64,000 nucleotides of DNA from Pedobacter sp. (GCF_039594775.1 NZ_JBCNMT010000002.1:325574-389573); one strand, 5' to 3'. Shown: positions 44,676 through 53,387, counted from the stretch's first letter. Numbers and translations: made by a program. The notes: a model not told the origin generated them from the sequence alone.

Positions 44676-46112
44676 TCAAACACGGTTTAACCCTAACTCT
44701 TTGGCTTTTTGGAGCATATAATCAAAAGCTTCCTTGTAACTGTTGGGGATATCGCCTTCTAAAATTGCCTCGCGAATAGCATTTTTTAAAATACCTACTT
44801 CCTTGCCCGCAGAAAGTCCAAAAGTTTCCATAATGTCATTTCCTGAAATTGGGGGTTGCCAGTTGCGAAGTTGGTCCCGTTCTTCTACGTCTTTGAGCTT
44901 TTGTTTGACCAATTCAAAGTTGTTGCGGTATTTTTTGATTTTGTATTCGTTTTTCGTGGTGATGTCTGCATTACAAAGTAACATCAAGCTGTCAATGTCT
45001 TCACCCGCTTCAAATAACAAACGTCTTACGGCCGAATCAGTTACGATATCCTGTGCCAAAACAATAGGGCGTAAATGTAACAGTACCAATTTTTGTACAA
45101 ACTTCATTTTTTCGTTCAAAGGAAGTTTGAGTTGTGCAAAAATTTGGGGAACCATGCGGGCACCCCTGTCTTCATGTCCGTGGAAAGTCCAGCCGTGGCC
45201 TTCTTCAAAACGTTTGGTAGCAGGTTTGGCAATGTCATGAAGAATAGCGGCCCAGCGTAGCCAAAGGTCATCGGTGGTTTCACAAATATTATCCAAAACT
45301 TCTAAAGTATGATAGAAGTTGTCTTTATGTGCACGGCCTTTGATCACATCAACCCCATAAAGCTTGGCCATTTGCGGAAATATTAATTCCAATAAACCAG
45401 TATCAAATAGGTAATTGAAGCCAATTGATGGTTTTTTAGAAAGAATAATCTTGTTCAGCTCATCGCTGATGCGCTCTTTTGAAACAATTTTTATACGTTC
45501 TTTTTGTGATTTGATGGCATCAACAGCCATTTGGTCAATTTTGAAATGAAGTTGGCTAGCAAAGCGGATGGCACGCATCATTCGCAATGGGTCGTCAGAA
45601 AAGGTAACTACAGGGTCCAATGGCGTACGGATGAGTTTGTCTTCCAAATCCTCCAAGCCATTAAAAGGGTCAACCACCTTGCCAAAACTCGATGGGTTTA
45701 AGGAAATTGCCAAGGCGTTAATGGTAAAGTCCCTACGCAATTGGTCATCCTCTAAAGTGCCATCTTCCACAATTGGTTTACGGGAATTTGCTCTGTAACT
45801 TTCTTTACGTGCACCTACAAACTCCACTTCCAAATCTGAATGCTTCAACATGGCCGTGCCAAAATTTTTGAAAACGGATACGTTGGTTTTGAGTTTTTGA
45901 CCTACCTTTTCAGCAAATGCAATTCCATTGCCGAGCACCACTACATCAATATCTTTGGAAGGACGGTCTAGGTAAAGGTCACGTACAAATCCGCCAATAA
46001 CGTAGATTTCTGTGTTGGTTTTTTCGGCAGTTTCGGCTAATACTTTAAAAATGGGAGCTTCCATCTTACTTAATGGAAAGTTGGTATCGCCAGTCTGTTG
46101 ATTGATTTGCAT
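44676..46112 (-). CDS. cca: CCA-adding tRNA nucleotidyltransferase with HD domain
   Basis: 478 aa. PolyA_pol head [29 protein letters not shown] region LHDIAKP...GHEDRG. Confidence 0.85.
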   Translation of the reverse strand: MQINQQTGDTNFPLSKMEAPIFKVLAETAEKTNTEIYVIGGFVRDLYLDRPSKDIDVVVLGNGIAFAEKVGQKLKTNVSVFKNFGTAMLKHSDLEVEFVGARKESYRANSRKPIVEDGTLEDDQLRRDFTINALAISLNPSSFGKVVDPFNGLEDLEDKLIRTPLDPVVTFSDDPLRMMRAIRFASQLHFKIDQMAVDAIKSQKERIKIVSKERISDELNKIILSKKPSIGFNYLFDTGLLELIFPQMAKLYGVDVIKGRAHKDNFYHTLEVLDNICETTDDLWLRWAAILHDIAKPATKRFEEGHGWTFHGHEDRGARMVPQIFAQLKLPLNEKMKFVQKLVLLHLRPIVLAQDIVTDSAVRRLLFEAGEDIDSLMLLCNADITTKNEYKIKKYRNNFELVKQKLKDVEERDQLRNWQPPISGNDIMETFGLSAGKEVGILKNAIREAILEGDIPNSYKEAFDYMLQKAKELGLNRV

Positions 46113-46227
46113 ATTGATTGCAAAAGTAAGAAAAACCTTTAAATACTACGGATAAAGCAATCTTAAAGCGAAAGGTCGCCATCTGAAAATGGTTGAGATT
46201 GCTTCACACCTCGCAATGGCGAAAACA

Positions 46228-46797
46228 CTATTTCCTGATAAACTCAAATTGTCCGCTAGGACCTAATTTAACAATAGTAGAAGGTTGTTTGGGTGTTCTG
46301 TTTTCTTGTTCCAAATCAACGATATAATCAACGGCCTCTTTAACTTCTTCGCTTATTTCATCAAAAAACCTAGGCGTAGGTTGACCACTAATATTTGAGG
46401 AGGTAGATACGATAGGTTTGCGAAAACGTTGTATCAACTGTTGGCAGAAATCATGTTTAGGTATTCTAATTCCTACGCTGCCGTCTGCATTGATAACATT
46501 AGGGGCTAGATTTTTTGCATTTGAAAATACTACGGTCAATGGTTTTTCAGCATACTCGATTAAATCGTAGGCTACTTCTGGTACTTCATTGACATAACTT
46601 TGCAGTTTATTGTCGGTGTCCAGCAATATGATTAAACTTTTTTCAGCAGGTCTACCTTTGATTTCGTTAACCTTTGCAACAGCTTCTTCGTTGGTAGCAT
46701 CGCAGCCTAGTCCCCAAACAGTATCTGTAGGGTAAAGGATTACTCCGCCATTTTTAAGTACCTCTAATGCTTTGTTGATTTCTTCTCTCATTACCAT
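46228..46797 (-). CDS. tsaC: L-threonylcarbamoyladenylate synthase (YrdC/TsaC family)
   Basis: 189 aa. ILYPTDTVWGLGCDA, KGRPAEKSLIIL, VSTSSNISGQP. Confidence 0.85.
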   Translation of the reverse strand: MVMREEINKALEVLKNGGVILYPTDTVWGLGCDATNEEAVAKVNEIKGRPAEKSLIILLDTDNKLQSYVNEVPEVAYDLIEYAEKPLTVVFSNAKNLAPNVINADGSVGIRIPKHDFCQQLIQRFRKPIVSTSSNISGQPTPRFFDEISEEVKEAVDYIVDLEQENRTPKQPSTIVKLGPSGQFEFIRK

Positions 46798-46957
46798 TTG
46801 GCAAAGTTAAACATTACATGCTAAGCTTATCTACCTAATTTATTACATTTTTTACACTAACATTTGACTTACAGATGTGTTAGGCTTATATAAAACACAA
46901 AAAGTTATCGTTAAATTTATATTGATAAATGAATGTATAACGAAACACACAAATGTT

Positions 46958-47509
46958 ATGAACTCATTAAAAAAATTAGGTGGTTTTTTGGTAGTTGCTG
47001 TACTGCTGTCCGCCTGTACTAGTTTACGTGTCGCATCAGATTTTGATAAAGAAGCAGATTTTAAAAGCTACAAAACCTACAATTTTTATGAGAAGGGGCT
47101 GGAAAAACTTGAGGTAAATGGCTTGGATAAAAAACGAATGATGGCGGCCGTTGATGCTGAAATGCAAGCTAAGGGCTTTACAAAGGCAGCCAATCCAGAT
47201 CTATTTGTCAACTTGGTGGTGATGAAACGTGAGCGTACCGATGTGTACGACAATGGTTTTTATAGCCCATGGGGATGGCGAGGAGGCTGGGGTTGGGGCT
47301 GGGGGCCATTTTGGGGAGGTGGAATGCGTAGTGTTGACCGTTACCAAGAAGGCTTATTCATCATCGATTTTTTAGACCCAAAAACAAAAATGCATGTTTG
47401 GCACGGCCGTGGCGATGGATTTAACTTGGATAGCTTTAAAAATAGAGAAGAGAGAATTAACGAAGGGGTGAAAGAAATTTTAGCGCAATATCCACCGTAT
47501 TCTAAGTAG
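46958..47509 (+). CDS. DUF4136 domain lipoprotein with Gly/Trp-rich insert
   Basis: I prefer the start MNSLKKLGGFLVVAVLLSACTS (46958), which gives a lipoprotein signal. The track ORF starts at 46877. Contains the insert SPWGWRGGWGWGWGPFWGGG. Confidence 0.7.
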   Translation: MNSLKKLGGFLVVAVLLSACTSLRVASDFDKEADFKSYKTYNFYEKGLEKLEVNGLDKKRMMAAVDAEMQAKGFTKAANPDLFVNLVVMKRERTDVYDNGFYSPWGWRGGWGWGWGPFWGGGMRSVDRYQEGLFIIDFLDPKTKMHVWHGRGDGFNLDSFKNREERINEGVKEILAQYPPYSK

Positions 47510-47521
47510 TGGTAAAATACA

Positions 47522-47566
47522 AAAGGTTATGAATTACGGGGATTAACCTCATAGTTCATAACCTTT
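47522..47566. terminator. Hairpin between convergent DUF4136 and dapD genes
   Basis: AAAGGTTATGAA (47522-47533) pairs perfectly with TTCATAACCTTT (47555-47566). 21-nt loop. Confidence 0.6.
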
Positions 47567-47581
47567 AATTTGAAGCTGAAA

Positions 47582-48400
47582 TTAGACAGCTACATTGTTT
47601 TCTCTCAATGCATCGTTAAGAGAAGTTTTCTTATCTGTAGATTCTTTACGTTTCCCAATGATCAAGGCACATGGCACTTGATATTCGCCAGAAGGGAATT
47701 TTTTAGTGTAAGAACCTGGAATAACTACTGAACGAGCAGGAACAATGCCTTTGTATTCTACAGGTTCTGGACCAGTTACATCGATAATTTTAGTAGAAGC
47801 TGTTAATACTACGTTAGCACCTAGTACCGCTTCTTTCTCCACACGTACACCTTCCACAACAATAGCTCTTGAACCTAGGAAACAGTCATCCTCAATAATT
47901 ACTGGAGCAGCTTGTACGGGCTCTAAAACACCACCAATACCTACACCACCACTTAAGTGAACACGTTTTCCAATTTGGGCACATGAACCTACGGTTGCCC
48001 AAGTATCTACCATGGTGCCTTCGTCAACATAAGCACCAATATTTACATAAGAAGGCATCATAATTACACCTGGAGCCAAGAAAGCTCCATAACGAGCACT
48101 AGCCATAGGTACTACACGCACACCTTTTTCTTTATAATCGGTTTTTAGATCCATTTTATCGTGGAAAACAAAAGGACCAGCTTTGGTTTCTCCCATTTGT
48201 TTGATTGGGAAATAAAGAATTACCGCTTTTTTAACCCATTCGTTAATGCCCCAGCCATTTAAAACTGGTTCTGCCACTCTAATTTCGCCGCAATTAAGTT
48301 GTTGGATAACGGTTTCAATCGCTTCAGAGTATTCTTTGTATTGTAATAAGCTTCTGTCTTCCCAAGCTTCTTCTATTTGTTTTTTTAGTTCAGCAATCAT
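47582..48400 (-). CDS. dapD: 2,3,4,5-tetrahydropyridine-2,6-dicarboxylate N-succinyltransferase
   Basis: 272 aa. N-terminal helical domain followed by left-handed beta-helix hexapeptide repeats (GAYVDEGTMVDTWATVGSCAQIGKRVHLSGGVGIGG...). Confidence 0.9.
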   Translation of the reverse strand: MIAELKKQIEEAWEDRSLLQYKEYSEAIETVIQQLNCGEIRVAEPVLNGWGINEWVKKAVILYFPIKQMGETKAGPFVFHDKMDLKTDYKEKGVRVVPMASARYGAFLAPGVIMMPSYVNIGAYVDEGTMVDTWATVGSCAQIGKRVHLSGGVGIGGVLEPVQAAPVIIEDDCFLGSRAIVVEGVRVEKEAVLGANVVLTASTKIIDVTGPEPVEYKGIVPARSVVIPGSYTKKFPSGEYQVPCALIIGKRKESTDKKTSLNDALRENNVAV

Positions 48401-48539
48401 CTTGTCTTAAAAATTTATGCAAAATAAGGCTTTATAAGTTAAAAGTTAAAGATTTAAGTACTAAAATTGCTTTGGGGTATAATAAGAAGTATAGAATATC
48501 TAATTACCAAATACTAATGGCTAAATACTCAATATTGCT

Positions 48540-48547
48540 TAATTTTG
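48540..48547 (+). promoter_or_regulatory. TAnnTTTG box upstream of the S4-domain gene
   Basis: TAATTTTG, 4 nt before the ATG at 48552. Confidence 0.3.
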
Positions 48548-48551
48548 AACT

Positions 48552-48950
48552 ATGGGAGAAACAGAGAAACTACGTGTAGATAAATATCTTTGGGCCATTC
48601 GTGTTTTTAAAACTAGGAGTTTGGCTACCGATGCATGTAAAGCTGGACGTGTAAAGCTCAATGGGCAGAACATCAAACCATCGGCCATTGTGAAAATTGG
48701 CGATGTATATCAGATTAGCAAAGGTGTTGAGCGAAAGGTACTTGAGGTGGTTGATTTTTCTTATAATCGCACCGATGCTAAAATTGCGGTAACTAAGTAT
48801 AAGGATTTAACACCTGTAGAAGAAACCCATGCCTTTAAATCGGTGTTTCATGCGCCGACTCTAAGAAGAGATAGAGGAACTGGACGACCAACGAAAAAAG
48901 ACCGCCGCGAAACGGATGATTTGTTGGATACTTTCTTTGAAGAGGACTAG
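48552..48950 (+). CDS. S4-domain RNA-binding protein (Hsp15/HslR-like)
   Basis: 132 aa. LRVDKYLWAIRVFKTRSLATDACKAGRVKLNGQ is an S4 alpha-L motif. Basic C-terminal tail. Confidence 0.8.
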   Translation: MGETEKLRVDKYLWAIRVFKTRSLATDACKAGRVKLNGQNIKPSAIVKIGDVYQISKGVERKVLEVVDFSYNRTDAKIAVTKYKDLTPVEETHAFKSVFHAPTLRRDRGTGRPTKKDRRETDDLLDTFFEED

Positions 48951-49101
48951 TTTAAACCATTTTAGGTCATCTGGTTAAGGTGTTACTTAGGTGTTCTTAG
49001 GTGGTTAAAAAATAATTAAACCATTTAAGACAAGTTCATTCAAGCTGCGCAGTGCTAAGGTGTTCCTAGGTGTCTAAGGTGGTTAATAAAAAAATAACAA
49101 C
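48951..49101. repeat. Tandem pair of diverged units rich in C(T/C)TA(A)GGTG motifs (cluster A)
   Basis: Unit 1 TTTAAACCATTTTAGGTC...TTAAGGTGTTACTTAGGTGTTCTTAGGTGGTTAAAAAATAA. Unit 2 TTAAACCATTTAAGAC...GCTAAGGTGTTCCTAGGTGTCTAAGGTGGTTAATAAAAAAATAA. Fills the whole gap between the S4-domain gene and the DUF1801 gene. Confidence 0.8.
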
Positions 49102-49464
49102 CTACTTCTTCTTCACTTTCGCTAAATTCTCAATCACACAGAAGTCCACTAATTCTTTGATCAAGGCCATGGGTAACGGTTGCTCTATTGGAAATTGTAC
49201 CGTTCCTTTTGAGGTATGGTAACCTTTCAATTTATCTGCGAAAACTTCAATAGCCTTACTGCCCGGATAAAGTCCGATGTGATTTTTATAACCAGCAAAG
49301 TGAACAAGGTTTCCGTTTAGGGTAAAAGTTGGGATGCCATAGCCTATTTTTTGTTTAGCTTCTGGCACCATTCGTTGTATATCTTCCCTTAATTGCTGTA
49401 ATGTCTTTTGAGTTTCTGCAGGAAAAGAGGAGATGTATTCGTCAACAGTGGTGTATTTTTCCAT
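49102..49464 (-). CDS. DUF1801 (YdhG-like) domain protein
   Basis: 120 aa. TVDEYISSFP...IGYGIPTFTLNGNLVHFAGYKNHIGLYP fits the DUF1801 pattern. Confidence 0.75.
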   Translation of the reverse strand: MEKYTTVDEYISSFPAETQKTLQQLREDIQRMVPEAKQKIGYGIPTFTLNGNLVHFAGYKNHIGLYPGSKAIEVFADKLKGYHTSKGTVQFPIEQPLPMALIKELVDFCVIENLAKVKKK

Positions 49465-49584
49465 ACTTGATTATTTAGGAAATATTAATTAAATTAACAC
49501 CTTAGGCACCTTAGCCCATCTAAGTTTGTTTATGTGCAACTAAAATGTTCTTAAATGTCTTAGGTGGTAAATAAATAAAACATC
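49465..49584. repeat. Same motif family, cluster B (one inverted and one direct copy)
   Basis: CACCTTAGGCACCTTAGCCCATCTAAG (inverted orientation) and TTCTTAAATGTCTTAGGTGGTAAATAAATAAAA (direct). Fills the gap between the DUF1801 gene and mazG. Confidence 0.75.
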
Positions 49585-50391
49585 CTATAGTTTCTTCGCC
49601 TCATTCCAATACACATCCATTTCAGCCAAGGTCATATCCTGTAAAGCCTTTCCATTTGCTTTTGCTTTTTCTTCTAGATATTGGAAACGTTTAATGAACT
49701 TCTTGTTCGTCTTCTCTAAGGCATTTTCTGGGTTAATATCAATAAATCGAGCGTAGTTGACCAAAGAGAAAAGTAAATCGCCAAATTCTCCTTCAGCTTT
49801 TTCTATGTTTATTTCTTTGCCATCGGCAATGTTGAACTCATCTTTAAACTCTTGTAGTTCTTCTTCTACTTTTTCCCAAACCTGTTGCTTTTCTTCCCAA
49901 TCGAAACCAACACCTCTAGCCTTTTCCTGTATGCGACTGGCTTTCACAAGGGCCGGTAGGGAAGTAGGTACTCCCGCTAATACTGATTTATTACCTTCTT
50001 TCAGCTTTAGTTTTTCCCAGTTTCGTTTTACTTGTTCCTCCGTGTCAGCCTCTACATCTCCGTAAATATGTGGGTGTCTGCTAATCAACTTGTCGCAAAC
50101 ACCATTAAGCACATCAGTAATATTAAATTCACTTTGTTCATCGGCAATTCTGGCATAGAAAACCAAGTGCATCATCACATCGCCCAGTTCCTTCTTGATT
50201 TCCTGCATGTCGCCTTCTAAAATGGCGTCAGAAAGTTCGTAGGTTTCCTCGATAGTTAAATGCCTCAAGGTTTCCATGGTTTGCTTTTTGTCCCATGGAC
50301 ATTGTGTGCGTAAAGTGTCCAATACGTTTAACAATCTTAAAAAAGCACCATCGGGAGTTGAAGAACTTAAAGGAGGAATGTTGGCAGGCAT
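49585..50391 (-). CDS. mazG: Nucleoside triphosphate pyrophosphohydrolase MazG
   Basis: 268 aa. Two MazG domains (LTIEETYELSDAI...ELGDVMMHLVF and EGEFGDLLFSLVNYAR). Confidence 0.9.
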   Translation of the reverse strand: MPANIPPLSSSTPDGAFLRLLNVLDTLRTQCPWDKKQTMETLRHLTIEETYELSDAILEGDMQEIKKELGDVMMHLVFYARIADEQSEFNITDVLNGVCDKLISRHPHIYGDVEADTEEQVKRNWEKLKLKEGNKSVLAGVPTSLPALVKASRIQEKARGVGFDWEEKQQVWEKVEEELQEFKDEFNIADGKEINIEKAEGEFGDLLFSLVNYARFIDINPENALEKTNKKFIKRFQYLEEKAKANGKALQDMTLAEMDVYWNEAKKL

Positions 50392-50403
50392 AGCTTATAT
50401 GAT

Positions 50404-50715
50404 TTATATGATGTTGAATGTGATTAAAATAGTAGTGAGCGAGAGGGTAATCAGCCCGCAAAGAAATAAAACATCGGCCAGTTTTTCCAATTTAATTGAA
50501 CGTAATTCAATTTTATTTCTGATGGCCAAAAATGATAACAAACAACTACTCATAAAACACATAACGGCCAAAGCGGCTCCTTCGTCAATAAAACTAGCCT
50601 GGTCAAGCTTATTGATTTTGGTTGAAGTAAGTACTACAAAGCAGAAACCCAATAGGTTGGCGGAAGTGCTAAGGATGTGGGTGGACTTTGAAGATTGACC
50701 ATTGGCTTTATTCAT
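50404..50715 (-). CDS. Small hypothetical membrane protein (about 3 TM helices)
   Basis: I prefer the start MNKANGQSS (50715). It overlaps the stop of the upstream AI-2E transporter gene by 8 nt and ends 12 nt before mazG. No recognisable family. Confidence 0.5.
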   Translation of the reverse strand: MNKANGQSSKSTHILSTSANLLGFCFVVLTSTKINKLDQASFIDEGAALAVMCFMSSCLLSFLAIRNKIELRSIKLEKLADVLFLCGLITLSLTTILITFNII

Positions 50716-51820
50716 CTGCTTCGATTTTTTTCTTTTTCGCAAAAAGTGGCGTTCGCTTTTTCTTAACCACTAATTTCTGTTCTTCCCCCAATAATATTGC
50801 CCAAGCTTGTAAATTATCTACTTTTTGGAAAATGATTTTGAGCATGGCCAAATAAGGCATACAAAGGAACATGCCCGATATTCCCCATAACATTTCACCA
50901 ATCACAATGCCAATAAAGGCAATTAATGCATTAATTTTAACTTTTGAGCCTACAATTAACGGCATTAAAATATTGCCATCAATAGCGTGTACGCCAGCAT
51001 AAGCAAGCAGTACAAAAAAAGCTTTAGTTGCACCAGCGGTGGCGAAAGTTATCAGCACGCTAATAATTAGCGCAATAGAAATTCCCAAGTATGGAATGAT
51101 GTTAAAAATTCCGGCAACCAAACCTAATAAGATAGCATATTTTACATCTAAAATGGAAAGGGTAAGTACCATGAGTATGCTCACGATAATCATTTGGATG
51201 AAGAGCCCGGTGATGTATTTTTTGATGATGTACTGTATTTCATTAACCGTTTCACTTACTTTGGTTCTATGGTCTTCTACAAAAACCGAGGTGAGGAATT
51301 TATACAACAGACGTCGGTAATTGAGTAGGAAGAAAGTGAATAATAAAGTGAAAGCTACAAACAATAAACTCGACGACAGCGTGATGAGTGTGGTGCCAAT
51401 TACCGTAGCGCTGGTAGCTAGTGCTTTTTCGGCGCTATCTGCTAAATAAGTTTCCTGTTTACTAATATTTACATGGAATGTTTTGGAGATCCAATGCTGT
51501 AGCTCGTGAAACGAATTGGTTACTTGTTTCTCCAATAAAGGCCAATCGCTCCATAGCTCGCTCAGTTGTATGGCAAAAAAATGGCCAATGCCGTATAATA
51601 CGCCTAGCATAATGATTACCGTGAGTATGGTGGCTATGCTTCGCTTTAAACGCAGTTTGGTTTCTAAAAAGTTTGCCAAAGGCAGCATTAAAAAAGCCAA
51701 CAACAATGCAAATAAAAGCGGCGAAAGTAAGCTTTTTCCAAGAATGGCCAAGTACCCCAACATCAAAATGGAAAAGAGGGCGAGGGTAAGCCTTACAATA
51801 AATGGTAGTTGTATTTGCAT
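50708..51820 (-). CDS. AI-2E family transporter (PerM-like permease)
   Basis: 370 aa. Multi-TM with the typical central loop and the IPYLG...HAIDGNILMPLIVG blocks. Confidence 0.85.
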   Translation of the reverse strand: MQIQLPFIVRLTLALFSILMLGYLAILGKSLLSPLLFALLLAFLMLPLANFLETKLRLKRSIATILTVIIMLGVLYGIGHFFAIQLSELWSDWPLLEKQVTNSFHELQHWISKTFHVNISKQETYLADSAEKALATSATVIGTTLITLSSSLLFVAFTLLFTFFLLNYRRLLYKFLTSVFVEDHRTKVSETVNEIQYIIKKYITGLFIQMIIVSILMVLTLSILDVKYAILLGLVAGIFNIIPYLGISIALIISVLITFATAGATKAFFVLLAYAGVHAIDGNILMPLIVGSKVKINALIAFIGIVIGEMLWGISGMFLCMPYLAMLKIIFQKVDNLQAWAILLGEEQKLVVKKKRTPLFAKKKKIEADE

Positions 51821-51878
51821 AGGGTTTATTTAACAGGAATAAATTACGAAAAAATCTACACTTTAGACAGTTATTTGC

Positions 51879-52550
51879 CTAAATGGTTTTAAAGGCCCTT
51901 AACATTTCTCTTTTTCCGGGTGCCCCAGGAAGTTTTTCAATCTCAAAACCGCAGCTTTTAACAGCTCTTTTGAGATTGCCCGTAATGGCGTAGGTTACAA
52001 AAATACCTCCGGTTTTCAGAAAGCTACAAGTATGGGCTATGATTTCATTGGTCCATAATTCAGGCTGGTGCCTCACCGAAAATGCATCATAATAAATTAC
52101 ATCAAACTGTTTATTGGTGGTGAAATTTTGTAACGTGGTGTGGCTAATTTCCAAGCTGCAATTTTCAGAAACCTTAACCTCATGGTTCAAGGAATCATCA
52201 TATTTAGTGATGAACGAGCCCCAAATATTTTGCGGCACATATTGTTGGTATGCCGTAGAGGCAATGACTTCTTGAGATAACGGAAAAGCCTCAATAGAAT
52301 GATATTTAAGCTTTTTATTTAGGCTTTCGCAATGTGCATAGCTCAATAAAAAATTCAATCCAGTGCCAAAACCCACCTCTAAAATACTGATTTCATTGGC
52401 GCCTGATTTTTCTAATCCGTGTTTTAAGCCAGCCTCAATAAAAACGTGTTTGCTTTCTTGCAATGCTCCATGTGCCGAATGGTAATGCTCGCCAACTTCT
52501 TCGTTAAACAAAGTATTAGAGCCGTCGGCGGTTTGGGTAAGGATGTTCAT
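51879..52550 (-). CDS. mnmD: tRNA (5-methylaminomethyl-2-thiouridine)(34)-methyltransferase MnmD (stand-alone MnmC methyltransferase domain)
   Basis: 223 aa. TADGSNTLFNEEVGEHYHSAHGALQESKHVFI N-terminus, SAM motif ILEVGFGTGLNF, YYDAF. Confidence 0.8.
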   Translation of the reverse strand: MNILTQTADGSNTLFNEEVGEHYHSAHGALQESKHVFIEAGLKHGLEKSGANEISILEVGFGTGLNFLLSYAHCESLNKKLKYHSIEAFPLSQEVIASTAYQQYVPQNIWGSFITKYDDSLNHEVKVSENCSLEISHTTLQNFTTNKQFDVIYYDAFSVRHQPELWTNEIIAHTCSFLKTGGIFVTYAITGNLKRAVKSCGFEIEKLPGAPGKREMLRAFKTI

Positions 52551-52681
52551 GAGGCAAAATTAAACTTAAATTGCCGTATTGCTACATTGTTTATGATTGG
52601 ATTTTTGGAAAGGTGCTTTGATGTTTTTGGCTCTTTTGGCCCCGCTTTACGCTATATCTTTCCGCTTCGCTCCAAGGATAC

Positions 52682-52748
52682 CGCTGCAATCGGGTTTAAA
52701 TTACTTAAACCTGTGCAATACACTTGCTTTATAAACCCGATTGCAGCG
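52682..52748. repeat. Perfect 17-bp inverted repeat separated by 33 nt
   Basis: CGCTGCAATCGGGTTTA (52682-52698) and TAAACCCGATTGCAGCG (52732-52748). Followed by the palindrome CCTGCCTACGGTAGGCAGG (52749-52767). Confidence 0.85.
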
Positions 52749-52796
52749 CCTGCCTACGGTAGGCAGGGAAATACTTTTTGTGGCGTGGGGGGCTAG

Positions 52797-52829
52797 AAAC
52801 CTCGTAGGTTTTCGAAACCTACGAGGTTT
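52797..52829. repeat. Palindromic repeat family P, copy 4
   Basis: AAACCTCGTAGGTTTTCGAAACCTACGAGGTTT, in the divergent mnmD / mmcQ intergenic region. Confidence 0.85.
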
Positions 52830-52966
52830 GGATGATAGGGTTGACAAAAAGATTGTAGCAAAAAGCGGGTGTGGCCATGAATAGTAATACTATCAATGCT
52901 TTTCTAATAATTAGCAAACTAAAATCTTTGTTCTCTTATCTTTTATCTTTGTTCTTTAATCTTATT

Positions 52967-53305
52967 ATGATGGATATTGAAAGTTTTAGAGAGTACTGCC
53001 TTGGGTTACCGGGAACCACCGAAGGCATGAAATGGGAACACCTTTGTTTTATGATTGAGGAGAAAATATTTGTGTTGGTGGATTTGGATACCCACGGATT
53101 TTGCATGAAATGTACTCCCGAGGAATTTGAAGAACTGGCGGCAAGAGACGGAATAAAACAGGCGCCACATTTTGCCAGAAAGCAATGGGTTTTTGTGGAT
53201 GGGTTAGATGTTTTTGGTGTTCAGGAATTGAAGCAACGGATTGAGCGTTCTAGAGAGCTAGTGTTGAGCAAGCTGCCTAAGAAAATACAGGCGAAATATA
53301 ATTGA
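52967..53305 (+). CDS. MmcQ/YjbR family DNA-binding protein
   Basis: I prefer the start MMDIESFREYCLGLPGTTEGMKWEH (52967). The 32-aa N-terminal extension in the track (GTG at 52871) is low-complexity and overlaps promoter/repeat DNA. Confidence 0.75.
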   Translation: MMDIESFREYCLGLPGTTEGMKWEHLCFMIEEKIFVLVDLDTHGFCMKCTPEEFEELAARDGIKQAPHFARKQWVFVDGLDVFGVQELKQRIERSRELVLSKLPKKIQAKYN

Positions 53306-53343
53306 TAGTGAATTGGCCGATCAACCAATGGTGTTAAAAAAAA

Positions 53344-53387
53344 TGACCATTAGCTAATTCTATCATTTTTGAATTAGCTAATGGTCA
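53344..53387. terminator. Hairpin between convergent mmcQ and M13 peptidase genes
   Basis: TGACCATTAGCTAATTC-TATCATTTTT-GAATTAGCTAATGGTCA. Perfect 17-bp stem. Confidence 0.65.

Noticed and set aside
48951-49584. Possible CRISPR array suggested by the CTTAGGTG repeats
   Set aside because: The repeat units are 8-10 nt, irregularly spaced and in mixed orientation, with no 25-40-nt repeat/spacer periodicity. No cas genes are present in the window.
52446-52796. 116-aa plus-strand ORF spanning the mnmD start and the repeat-rich intergenic region
   Set aside because: It overlaps mnmD in antisense and is otherwise built from palindromic repeats. Its translation has no protein-like features.
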